Of a stretch of DNA of 64,000 bases, positions 51,720 to 62,839 are shown in pieces (position 1 is the stretch's first letter; every line of letters starts with the position of its first letter). Both the position numbers and the translations under genes were made by a program. Below the pieces are notes generated by a model. The model had not been told where the DNA came from. It worked only from the letters and a program-made list of their open reading frames with translations, and made no database searches. The DNA comes from Malacoraja senta. Taxonomy: Eukaryota. The stretch is taken from contig CM075982.1 of NCBI GenBank assembly GCA_038087875.1, forward strand, positions 63,116,001 through 63,180,000, given 5' to 3'.

Positions 51720-52650
51720 GTAGAGAACTGATAATATAATGATAAAATTCACAAAAATCTGCTTTATGTTTTAAAATTAAGCCAAATGTTGCTGTTTATT
51801 TCAATGTCACATGACTGAATCTTGCTGATTTCCAAAGAAATGCCATTTGCCACTGTGGTAGTCATGAACTTCTCACAAACGACCACTACATTAATGTTGC
51901 CAATGTTTGTTGGGAAATAATACCACATGGTTCAAAGGTATAAATTACATTGGGCAATTGTTACTATATAAAGGGGCATCCGAGAACAAGTTTCAGCTAG
52001 TGTTATTATCTCAACCCATTTAATATTTTGCTTAAACTTATCTACTCCCTTTGGGAACCTTAATTATTTTATAACTCTGCTCACCAGTAATCCCTCCAAT
52101 GACCTCACAATGTTGTCCATGTTCCCTATAGCCCAAGTTTTCAGAATCAAGCCTTAACTTCTTTGCCGCCCCAATCCCCTGTCTATTCCATCCTTATATC
52201 AGCTCCCAATCTTTGGCTAACACCACAAGTACCATTCCAGTCTGAACAGGTCCCAAACTCCATCCATACACATCCTCCTCTATCACTGATCCCATCTCAA
52301 GTCAACTGCCTCTCAGCACTCAGACCCAATCTATGTCTAAACACCAACTCTTTAGCTTACCAATTTTTGATCTCTGGTCACCCTCTGATCTCCAGTCATA
52401 TCATTCATCTTCCAGGCTTTGCTCAGGCCTGAGATTGCTAGCTATATCTACTCCTCTCCCTCAAGTCCTAGGCCAAATCATGACCAGGCTCATATGATGC
52501 GAAGGAAAGTGTGTAAAGGACTGTCCGCAATTAAATTTGCAATGACAGACCCGTGGCTATTATTGCTGTTGGTTTGACATATCTTGACAGTGTTGTTATC
52601 GATACGATGTGTTGAGTCAATTTATTTTTCTTTTATACTTTATTTTACAG

Positions 52651-52813
52651 AAATGGTACTTACAATAAAAGTAACAATTGTCAGTATGGTGTGCTTACCA
52701 GGAGTGGAGATTTGGGAATGAAAACTGCGGGAAATTTTGCCCTGACATCAAAGAATCAGTGTCTTGATAAAATCCTATTAACACACCTACAGGTGTGCAA
52801 GAAGCTTCTGCAG
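52651..52813 (+). CDS. RIPOR3: RIPOR3 coding exon 14 (...LDKILLTHLQVCKKLLQ)
   Basis: ttttacag acceptor, GTAGGT donor; HLQVCKxLLQ motif. Confidence 0.9.
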
Positions 52814-53344
52814 GTAGGTGAAGGTAAAATTAATAGTACAGGCAATATCCGCATTACAGATGTTCGAAAATTGAAATAAAAACTTGAAATATAGAATAAC
52901 ATTCACTCTTACGGAATTTGCGTGGAGAAAATAAGTAAATAGGTCATCACAAAATTAATTTATTTTCAATACATTTCTCGTAACCCAGGCACAGGTGACA
53001 AAGCTTCATGTTATGTAAAATCGCCTGTTTCCTCGGAACACTATTTTTCTATGGGTTACCTATAGATTTTATGTTTTTTCTTCTTCATTGTTTTTCCCAT
53101 TAAAATTTTTTGAGGGTAATTGACACTTCACAAAACTTTAATTTATAACACAGAATTTTGTGAAGTGTTCAATCTGTTTTTTTGAATATTGCAGATTTTA
53201 AATTTAATGTTATTTTCTTGGGCTGATTCCTTTGCGTTTATTTTTTTGCTCATAAACCAGCTCATTTTTAAACTTACTATTTTACTGACTTTTCAAGTAA
53301 AGGAAAATAGATTTATAAAATAATTCTATATAAAATAATCATTG

Positions 53345-54090
53345 CCACCAGGGGCGCCGCACGATTGGCAGCCCCGCCAACAGTCTGTCTTTTTTTTCAT
53401 CTTTTTGTTATTTTTTGTGCATTTATAAAATTTGTGTAAATGTTCACATAAATGTTTTATGTGAGGGGAGCAGGAGGGGGTCGGGGGATTTTTTTTTTTC
53501 AATCTCTTACCCTGCTGGAGCTGCGATTGTTTTCCGTATCGTATCTCCGGTCGCTCTGTGGCCTGACATCATGGAGCTGGAAGCCTCCTCGGACTGACTT
53601 TGAGCCTCACCGCGGGGCGTGGACTTAACATCGGAGCCGATCCCTTGCCTGGGATCACTCCAACCGCAGCCTGCGGACTTTACATCGAGAGCTCGCAGTC
53701 TCGGGAGAGGCCGAGTCGGGAGCTTCAATGACGTAGAGGTTCGACAAGCCCCGACCCGGGGTCTGATCGCTCGGCGTGGGGAACTGACATCCCCCCCAAT
53801 GCGGGAGCTGATCGCCCCGACGCGAGGGCCCAAACGCTGCCGGCTACGGGAGTCAACGAAAGGCTCGAGGTCCCCGACCGCGTGAGAACAAAGAAGGGAA
53901 GAGATTGAACTTTTTTTTCGCCTTCCATCACAGTGGGTAATGTGGAGGAGTCACTGTGGTGGATGTTCATGTTAAAACGTATTTTGTGTGTTCCGTTGTT
54001 TTTTATTTGTATGACTGACTTGGCAAATTAAATTCCTCATATGTTGCAAAACATACTTGGCTAATAAAGTATTATTGTATTGTATTGTAT
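53345..54090 (+). mobile_element. GC-rich non-autonomous retroposon, apparently complete
   Basis: Head ccaccaggggcgcc, T-rich leader, CpG-rich core, tail catacttggctAATAAAgtatta(TTGTA)n. Confidence 0.65.
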
Positions 54091-56147
54091 TACATTTTAC
54101 AGAATTGTTAATATTGAAAATAAGGACAGAAAATGTTTATCAATGTCAAAAGCAGGGTTATGGAATATAGTCTATATTATCCGATCTTGTAGTTACGTGC
54201 ATTTGGTATTCTTAGGATTCACCTTCCACCTCATATACCCTGGAATCTGAGGAGGATATAGAAGAACAAAAGCTTCACCACTCCATTGATGAGAGAATAA
54301 TTTTCTTAATATATCATTTTATTTTTACATATTTTATTTGAAAGAAGCACATTAACATAATCATGCCAAAAGGTCACTATAACCTTAATATGATTTAGAA
54401 AATAAATTGTTAAACTAACTATGATTATTTTAAGAACCTGATGTTGATATTATCTTTGAAACCTCCTTAAATCAGGAGAAAATGGTCCTCGAATTATTTA
54501 ACCAAATTCCCAGCTACAACTATCATTTTGAAAATGAGCCCAGTTACAATAGTAGTTTCAATCTAAACTTTGATCAGTTACATTTATACCTATTCTTTAA
54601 AAAATAAGCAGGCCACTGGTTAATCTGGACATCCCTTGTGCCTTCAACAATGGTACATCCTTGTGACCTCTGATGTGTTTGATATGACCGTCCAAATAGT
54701 CTTTGTTCAACAAACCTCCCGTATTCTACTTGGTGAGATTGATTTCATCTGTTCCATTCTAAACAATCCAGTCGACTAGATTATTTCTGGTGGTATCTTT
54801 CTTTTCATAGGGTGGTCAATTCCAGATTTCCCAGTGATCTATTCCACGTTCCTTCCTCTTCAATATTTCTCTTTCTGCCATTGATGACAAAGTCTAGAAG
54901 TGTGGGTTCAAATTCTCTTCAAATTCTGGGCCCCTCCTTTATTCCATGGTAGATATTTTCTTCATTGTAGACTGTACGCTTGGCCTCACTTCCTCTGTTT
55001 AGATTCCTCTCTAAAATCATCCCTTTAATCAAGCTTTTGGTTTCCTTGAACCAATCTCTCCCTTGGCTGGATTTTTTAAACCATATTCCTGGATGAAGTA
55101 CCATGAAACATTTATTTACGTTAAAAGGCTTTTCTAAATATAATTAGTTCTAGCTGACAATTGGTGGTTGAGAGTTCTATTAATCTGTAAGAATGCCATC
55201 CATGTATTAGAATATAATTCCTCCTGTCAGGATAAAGTCAACCAGAGGCGAATGATGCAACAAGAAACATTAGCAGGAAAATGTTGTACTTGTACTGAAA
55301 ACATGTGGCCTAGCATATGTCACATCTCTGGATGTCCATGGACAGTGTCCTGCGTGTAATGGGGAGTTTGTTTTCATCTGATTTTGGTTAAATTGTTTAA
55401 ATTGGTCTTTTGCCAGCAAGCAAATTATATCACAGAGATTTTTGTTAGCTGTGCCATTCTCCTTTCTCAAGTTAGGACCAAGAAAACAGGGAATTAAAAA
55501 AAAAGAGAATGCTCCTTCTGGTGACATGGAGATGCTTCTATTTCTGGGTTATACAGTGTCAGCTTTCTTTCCAAGTTTTGTAATGTAACCTGAGCCAGAT
55601 GTCTGTGAAGCCTATTTCAGCTCATTTGCAGTTGTTATCAGTTGTGCTAATAACTATTTGTCTAAATTATCAAAGGGTATTAGAGACTGGAACAATGTGG
55701 AATCATCTGCTGACATATTGCAACATTTCCGATTTCACCTCAGAGGCATTTGGACAGGTTAAGAAAATAATCTCTTTCTTTTTGCCTTTAGTTTAATGAG
55801 ACTTTTAGGCTAATGTCACCCAGGAGCATGATTATATTGTAAAGACCACTTCATCCACAAAGAATACTTGAAAACCTTGGGGACATTCATTTTTAAGTAA
55901 TACACACTTTGATATCTGTTGTGTTATTCCACCTGCAAATAAAACTCTAATAATAATTCCACCTGCATATATTAATCTAAAAGCTTTCAAAGTAGACAAG
56001 AAACACTATCCTCTTTACAAAATGTATTTTTCTATTTATATTTTGCCTTTCATAACATTTGGTGGATCTTAAATACATATCTTTTTAATGTGATCTTCAT
56101 GATACCTTGGTTTTCAAGCCCAGTGAATAATTTTATTTCTATTTCAG

Positions 56148-56283
56148 AGATTTCCATCAGTTGATTCTGTACTGGTCCTTCAGAACTGTATACTGGAGGA
56201 GCTTTCACAGCAGGTCCTGGTGTTGGACACTCTGGCTCCTTTCTGTTATGAGAAGTCAGCAAATATTAAATCAGTGGAAGAAG
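56148..56283 (+). CDS. RIPOR3: RIPOR3 coding exon 15 (RFPSVDSVLVLQNCILEELSQQVLVLDTL...SVEE)
   Basis: atttcag acceptor, GTTTGT donor; phase 0 to 1. Confidence 0.88.
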
Positions 56284-56351
56284 GTTTGTAGAAAATAACC
56301 ATAACCGAGGGCCAGTTTCCATGCTGTATCTCTAAAGTAAAGTATTAACTA

Positions 56352-56880
56352 ATTGATTGATTGATATTTTATCACATGTCACAGTGAAATTCTTTGTTTT
56401 ACATACCATGCAAAGAATCGCCGCGTACAGGTATAGGGCGACAACAAAGTTACAAAGTATTCATTACAACGCCCAATGGTCCCTCCTTGTTCTTGCCCCC
56501 CCCCCACACTGAGGGACCAAAGAGGGACCATTGGGCGCTATAAAGAATACTTTGTAACTTTGTCGTTGCCCTATACATGGCGATTCTTTGCTTACCTTGT
56601 GTATGGTATGCAAAACAAAGAATTTCACTTTGTTCTTGTCCACCCTCTGGCACGGGTCCTCTCTTGGACGGCACTGTGGAGCTCGCTGGGTGCTTCCAAC
56701 ATCCCACAGCACTCTCCAAAGGCCCACCCAGCTCTTGGTGGTCATTCGCGGATCCCTCCTCGCTCTCGCCCTGCGGGTCCTGTTGACGTCCCCGGCAGGT
56801 GGGCCGGACCTGCCGGAGGGCTTGTTCCCGCTCGCCGGGACCACTCCCAGTTGTGCTGCTTGCCCAGAACATCAACACTG
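56352..56880 (-). mobile_element. GC-rich retroposon-like element with an internal inverted duplication
   Basis: (ATTG)n tail plus cacagtgaaattctttg; inverted arms 56383-56485 and 56522-56629. Confidence 0.55.
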
Positions 56881-56956
56881 GAATTACTAAAGCCCGAACG
56901 AAACAGATACTTAAAATTCTTCTCAGAATTAATTACGTATAATTCAGGTGTTTCTT

Positions 56957-57420
56957 GCAATTGAGGGAGTGCAGCGTAGGTTCACCAGGTTAATTCCCGG
57001 GATGGCGGGACTGACATATGATGAAAGAATGGGTCGACTGGGCATGTATTTAAAAGGATGAGAGGGGATCTTCTGGAAACATATAAAATTCTTAAGGGAT
57101 TGGAAAGGCTAGATACAGGAAAAATGTTCCCGATGTTGGAGGAGTCTTAAGAATAAGGGGTAGGCCATTTAGGACCGAGATGAGGAAAAACTCTTTCACC
57201 CAGAGAGTTGTGAATCTGTGAAATTCTCTGCCACAGAAGGCAGTTCACTGGATGTTTTTAAGTTAGATATAGCTCCTAGGGCTAGCGGAATCAAGGGATA
57301 TGGGGAAAAAGCACGAATGGGGTACTGATTTTGGATGATCAGCCATGATCATATTGAATGGCGGTGCTGGCTCGAAGGGCCGAATGGCCTACTGCACTGA
57401 TTTTCTATATTTCTATGTTT
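56957..57420 (+). mobile_element. CR1 LINE 3' fragment
   Basis: gcaattgagggagtgcagcgtaggttcaccagg...gctcgaagggccgaatggcctact; ttctatatttctatgttt tail. Confidence 0.9.
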
Positions 57421-57453
57421 AATGCTAATTGGGTTTTAACTTTCTTATTTCAG

Positions 57454-57615
57454 TTATTCCAAAATCAAAGAAGAGAAAATCAGTCCTGTCATTTTGGCAT
57501 AAGTGCACAGAGGGAGAGTGTATTTTACATTTATCAGCTGAACAGTTCCTCATACAGCTAAGAAATTGTTATATGCAGAAAGTGGCTGCAAAATACCCAG
57601 GACAGACAGAGAGAG
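57454..57615 (+). CDS. RIPOR3: RIPOR3 coding exon 16 (VIPKSKKRKSVLSFWHKC...KYPGQTER)
   Basis: tttcag acceptor, GTAAGC donor; KYPGQ motif. Confidence 0.9.
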
Positions 57616-58327
57616 GTAAGCCACACAAGACATATCTGGCTGTTATCTGTGATTGAATTTGAAAAATATACATCTTGTAATTTTAATGAAGACTATGCGA
57701 ATAATTACGTAAGAAATAGCCGGAGAAGGCCATTCAGTCCTTCAGACTTGATCTGTCATTCAAGATCATAGCTAATCTCAACACCATTTTTCTGCCCTAT
57801 CTCTGTACCTTGATTTCACGATCTTGTTGCTGTTTTTAAGCACGTGACTGCGTTGGATAAGATACATAAACATTATCTGAAAAACTATTCCCATTTTTTA
57901 TGATACATCACGGATGAAATAAATAAGGTTCAAATTGGAATTTGTGTGATTATTCAATAACTGAACTTTGAATCGATGTTTTACAATGACTGATATTTAG
58001 CTATAAAATGATTGGAATTCTGAATGTATATATAGGTAAAAGTGAAACTGCCCTCTCTTGCTCAGCGATGGCTAACTTGGCGTGGATTTGGTGAAACTAT
58101 TCTCCTCAGGACAATGAGGAGACAAGGGCAGAGTGCAGCAATTGCAAATTTTGATGTATTTACGTGTAATTCTTTTGACTCAACAAACAATTGTGTTGAA
58201 ATGTGCGAGATTTAACATTTTGCAGCTCTTGTGGTTTACGGAAAAAGCTGCAAAATGTAAAATCCACCACCATATCACCAATGGCAGAGAATTTAAAAAT
58301 TTGTGAGACTGAGTAGGTGTTATGTTA

Positions 58328-58447
58328 AAGAAAGAACTGAAGATGCTGGAAAAATCAAAGGTAGACAAAAATGCTGGAGAAACTCAGCGGGTGAGGCAGC
58401 ATCTATGGAGCGAAGGAATAGGTGACGTTTCGGGTCGAGACTCTTCT
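58328..58447 (-). mobile_element. Penelope-derived module (CUGA box lost)
   Basis: gtagacaaaaatgctggagaaactcagcgggtgaggcagcatc...ggtgacgtttcgggtcgagactcttc. Confidence 0.75.
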
Positions 58448-59075
58448 TGTGTTATGCTATAGTTAGGGCCAAGTCAAACCACATTGAGGATAATTGCGAG
58501 GCTGTTTTTGAAAGGTACACCAATGACATAAGAAATAGGTTTGATTTTATTTTCCTGAGGTGTCTCTGTCATGAATGTAGTCAACCAACAGAAACACAGA
58601 ACTCTGAAGTTGCAGTACTCTTTAAAAAACCTTAACCAGAGACTTCATCTTCTTCTACTCTCAGTAACTGGGAGAACCAAGCCAGGAATATGTCCACATT
58701 CAAAATTGGTGTTGCATGACAAGATTATATATAATTTAAAAAAAAGTAACTTAGGTTTCCAGTCATTCAGATGAATTAATCAAATGCAACCTCACCCACC
58801 ATTCAGAAACCCCATTCACTCTGTCCTGGATCATTGATTAATTTTATTTCTTTATTCAGTAGTGTTCAGACTCGACTGATTGTCCAGTATTATAGAGAGA
58901 GAAGGAATCGTCACAGTACAGGCCATATTTAACATTTGCATTTCCTTCTCCCATCAGTAGCTTTAGGAGGACAGATTCTACACTAATTTTGTCTAATATG
59001 GTCAAAATAATTATGTAACACTCTATTAAAAGGTTTTAAGACATTTAATGTTAATCGCTCTCATGTTTTTGCAAG

Positions 59076-59234
59076 TATTCAGAACACTTCTGCACCAGAT
59101 TATCAGCTGTTGTGAATTACTGCCTTGTCCCAATGTCTCAGAGGAATTGGTGACAGTTTTCCAGTTTTTCAACTACATTCAGAAGTACAATATTACTCAG
59201 CTCGGAACCCATTTGACCAGTCTAGCGAAGGAAG
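59076..59234 (+). CDS. RIPOR3: RIPOR3 coding exon 17 (VFRTLLHQIISC...TVFQFFNYIQK...LAKE)
   Basis: tttttgcaag acceptor, GTAAGG donor; FQFxxY motif. Confidence 0.88.
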
Positions 59235-59449
59235 GTAAGGGAAAATGCTATCTCCATGGACTGGAACTTGAGTGTGTGACTGTTACAGTAATTAAATATT
59301 TATGAACAAATGCATGTGCAAAGTCTAAAATGATCACTTACCCCTTTTGATACAAACAAACAGCCTGATGAAGACCATAGGCAGCTGGAGCAAGAGAGTA
59401 TAAATAGAGTGTGTGTTTTTGAACCACAACAGATACAGTAGCACTTGGC

Positions 59450-59754
59450 AGATAGACACAAAAAGCTGGAGTAAAGGGCCTGTCCCACTTGGGCGTTATT
59501 TGCGCGTCATTTACGCGACATCATTTACGCGTCACGACATAATTTACGCGTCACGCACGCGTCGTGACGCGCGCATGGCGTGTGGTGAGACGTGGCGGCC
59601 CCACCATGTCTCACCACGCGCCATGCGCGCATAATGCACCTGCGTGATGCGCAAATGACGCCCAAGTGGAACAGGCCCTTAACTCAGCGGGACAGGCAGC
59701 ATCTCTGGAGAGAAGGAATGGGTGACATTTCGGGTCGAGAACCTTTTTCAGACC
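59450..59754 (-). mobile_element. Penelope-derived module interrupted by a Harbinger MITE
   Basis: gacacaaaaagctggagTAA[MITE]TAActcagcgggacaggcagcatc...cgggtcgagaacctttttcagac. Confidence 0.8.
59475..59679. mobile_element. PIF/Harbinger-type MITE, 205 bp, TAA TSD
   Basis: TIRs agggcctgtcccacttgggcgt / acgcccaagtggaacaggccct; TAA at 59472-59474 and 59680-59682. Confidence 0.88.
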
Positions 59755-59938
59755 TTGGGCCAAGTTCTAAATTCATTAACAAGTTTTGATAAATTGAGAC
59801 AGAAGTTTAAACACACCCAACGTTAAATATAACAGCATATAACCTTTGGTCTAATGTTAACAAATGTTATCATATTATTTGATACTTTTATAGGTCATGA
59901 TCCTTGCAATCCCATTTGTTGACTCTTTATACTTTTAG

Positions 59939-60141
59939 TGTTTCTACCTGAAGCATTGCATTCTACATACAAGGTAAAGGCACTGAAAAAGTTAAAAGAA
60001 AAGCTTGTGTCGGAACTGCAACCACTGCGTCAAACATTACAGTCCATCAGTGTGCTTCAGTTGGATGAGAATCCCAAAGTTGCTCAGACTGCAATCTCCT
60101 TTCTCAGGAGTGCTTCAGCAAACAACTTATTTAGAACAAAG
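59939..60141 (+). CDS. RIPOR3: RIPOR3 coding exon 18 (VFLPEAL...LQPLRQTL...LQLDENPKV...FRTK)
   Basis: cttttag acceptor, GTAAGT donor; LQPLxQTL and LQLD motifs. Confidence 0.92.
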
Positions 60142-60664
60142 GTAAGTATTATCGTCCTCGTGCTCTGAATAAACAAATTAAAAAACTTATTTTATGTTTT
60201 ATCCATCTTCTTGTGAATTTTGTTACATTAAGTAAAGTAGCAAATCATGAATAGCATTAACAGTTGATCAGTAGCATGTTTATCCCTAGAGTTATATACT
60301 CATAATGTGTAATCATCGTAATATATTAGCCTGCACATGAAATAGAACTATTCCCTCAAAGTTGAAATAAAACAGGTAAAAAATTAAACAAGCAATATGC
60401 AAAATAAAAATACATTTTGCAAAGGTGATGACTAAATAAGCAAAATGTTTTAATGAGATATATCAGTAAAGAGATAAGATATGAGAGACTGTACCAAGAT
60501 ACGGTGAAGCAGGATAACAAAAATGACAATATTAATATTTAGTCACATCTCTCATTAAAGTGTAACAATGTTTAAAGAGAAACTGAAGTTTTCAATGTCC
60601 GTAGAACTTATGTGCCAGATTCTCCTGAAATAGTGAAAGTAATTGAACAAAACAGGAAGGAGAT

Positions 60665-61680
60665 TGAGAACCTCGTAACCAGGTGTCAACACGACAACAT
60701 TGACTTCAGGAAACGAAGCAGTGTACATTGATGGCGTCGAAGTAGATCTTCAAGCACTTAGGAATAAATATCAGTAGTAATTTGTCCTGGACCAGCCACA
60801 TCAAAGTTATGACCAAGAAATCACCAATGCCTATATATCCTTAGAAGGCTTAGGAAGTTTGGCATGTCCCCAACAACCTTCACCAACCTTGACAGACGCA
60901 CCGCAGAAAGCATTTCATCGGGATCAATCCCGATTTGGTTTGGGAACAACTCCATCCAACGCCGCAAGAAATTACAGTCATGGACTTAGCCCAGACCATT
61001 GTGCAAACTAACCTTCCTTCTATTGACTCCATCTGCACATCACGCTGCCTTGGCAAGGCCACCCACATAATCAAGGACCAGTCTCACCCTGGTCACACCC
61101 TCTTCTGCCTTCTCTCAACAGGCTCTCTCAGGTACAAAGGAACTGCAGATGCTGGTTTAAACCGAAGATAGGCACTAAATGCTGGAGTAACTCAGCAGGA
61201 CAGGCAGCATCACTGGATAGAAGGAATGGGTGATGTATCGGGTTGAGACTCTTCTTCCATGTGTGGAAGAAGGGTCTTAACCCGAAACATCACCCATTCC
61301 TCCTCTCCAGAGATGCTGCCTGTCTCGTTGAGTTACTCCAGCATTTTGTGTCTATCTTAGGCAAGAGGTACAGATGTTTGAAAACACATACCTCCAGATT
61401 CAGGGACAGTTTCTTCCCAGCTGTTATCAGGCAACTGAACCATCCTCTCACCAGCTAGAGTGTGGTCCTGAGCTCCAATCTACCTAGTTTGAGACCCTTG
61501 AACTATCTTTAATCAGACTTTATCAGAGTTTATCTCGCACCAAATGTTGTACCCTTTATCCTTTATCTGTGTACTATGGATGACTTGATGGTAATCGTGT
61601 ACAGCATTTTCTTTAACTGGATAGCACGCAACAACAACAAAAATCATTTTACTAAACAAAAATTTTCATTAAACTAAACT
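60665..61680 (+). mobile_element. Rex1/Babar-like LINE 3' fragment interrupted by an inverted Penelope pair
   Basis: cttagaaggcttaggaagtttggcatgtcc = LRRLRKFGMS; TSRFRDSFFPAVIRQLN; actggatagcacgcaacaa tail. Confidence 0.75.
61133..61358. mobile_element. Inverted pair of Penelope-derived modules
   Basis: Arms 61165-61259 and 61264-61358 are near reverse complements with a 4-nt loop. Confidence 0.8.
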
Positions 61681-61964
61681 AAAATGTACCTAGTTAACCA
61701 TGGAGAAGTTAGCAAGTAACTAATAGTGAATAGCCACAGGATGCTAGTTTTGCTAGTCATTTGACAGCTTTCTGAAAAAGCCTTCCCAAATATTTCATCA
61801 TGTTACTGTTTTTTCACATGTATTGATCACTCCATTCATTGAAGAAAGTTATGTCCAAGTACACTTTTGACAATGCGATTGATAGTGAAAGCCCATCAAT
61901 CATTTCTGCCCACAATTGTAAACAAACAACTATGTGTATGCCAGTCCTAATTGTTTTATGAGGT

Positions 61965-62305
61965 TGTAGAGGCACCAAACGTCGTGAATAAACGGTTTCT
62001 TTATTCAGGCATTATAGGTTTGATATACATGCACGTTTAGTCCTCTAACACAAAAGTAATTGTTGCTGCTGCGAGGCTGTTGCCTCGTGGGTTCGAGCTG
62101 AGCTCCTGCTGAGGTGGCAGGACACTCACGCAAAGAGAGAAGAAGAGGAAGACAGAGGAAAGGGTAACCCGGGGGTTCGTTATATACAAGGGCACACCCC
62201 TATACCCCGTGACAACTCGTTCCCGCGATTTCCCAGTCACGTGACCCTACCCCCGACTGCCGAGGGTTCGCGTAGCAAGTGGCCTAACCACCGGGTGCCG
62301 CCACA
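61965..62305 (-). mobile_element. Solo LTR, probably Ty3/Gypsy
   Basis: TG...CA ends with a short inverted repeat (tgtagaggcacc / ggtgccgccaca). On the minus strand a TATA-like motif (~62180) precedes AATAAA (~62000). Confidence 0.65.
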
Positions 62306-62664
62306 ATATTAAAATTACTATATTTTTGTAGATGCAGGGGCACAACTGTGATGAATATGTGGTTATGGATGAGTGCATATACAAAATCAAATCTTCACAC
62401 ATTAAGAATGCATTTATTTGTTCACCTCTCCAAAGGTGGATTGGAATATTCCTTTTGAACTATCTATTCATTTGCTACACCCTTTCTAACTAAATATTAA
62501 CCTGTTTTAACTCTTCCATTGTTCTGATGAAGGGTATTGCACAAAAAAAATTTAAGTCTATTCCTCCTACAATAATCTTTATATGTCAGAGTGTCTTTTG
62601 TATTGTGGATTCAATATTGTTAACCTAATTGTAATTTTAATATTTTTAACTGTACATTTCTCAG

Positions 62665-62748
62665 GCTTTGGCCTACTACACAGAAAGTTTGCAAGAAAAA
62701 GACGTGCAACACCAAAGAGCTGCCTGCTTGGCACTTAAACAGCTGAAG
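62665..62748 (+). CDS. RIPOR3: RIPOR3 coding exon 19 (ALAYYTESLQEKDVQHQRAACLALKQLK)
   Basis: ttctcag acceptor, GTAAAT donor; AACLALK motif. No stop codon is reached, so the CDS continues past the window. Confidence 0.93.
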
Positions 62749-62839
62749 GTAAATTAGGATTTTATGAAATTTCATGCTGCTATGAATAGTGCTAAAATCT
62801 CTGCCAATCCACAAAACTTTGTGAGCTTGCGGGTTCAGA

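Larger units (their letters stand above)
3921..62748 (+). other. RIPOR3: RIPOR3 (FAM65C) gene span: 19 coding exons; 5' and last 3' exons outside the window
   Basis: The joined exons give an open 922-codon frame, colinear with human RIPOR3 as I recall it (MSVRLRF..., [50 protein letters not shown]). All introns are GT-AG with compatible phases. Confidence 0.93.

Noticed and set aside
52940-54260. AT-rich flanks around the 53345 element as a DNA transposon
   Set aside because: No convincing TIR or TSD could be identified by eye.
56450-56964. Overlapping 100-162 aa ORFs on both strands
   Set aside because: They arise from a GC-rich repeat with an internal inversion and show no protein motifs.
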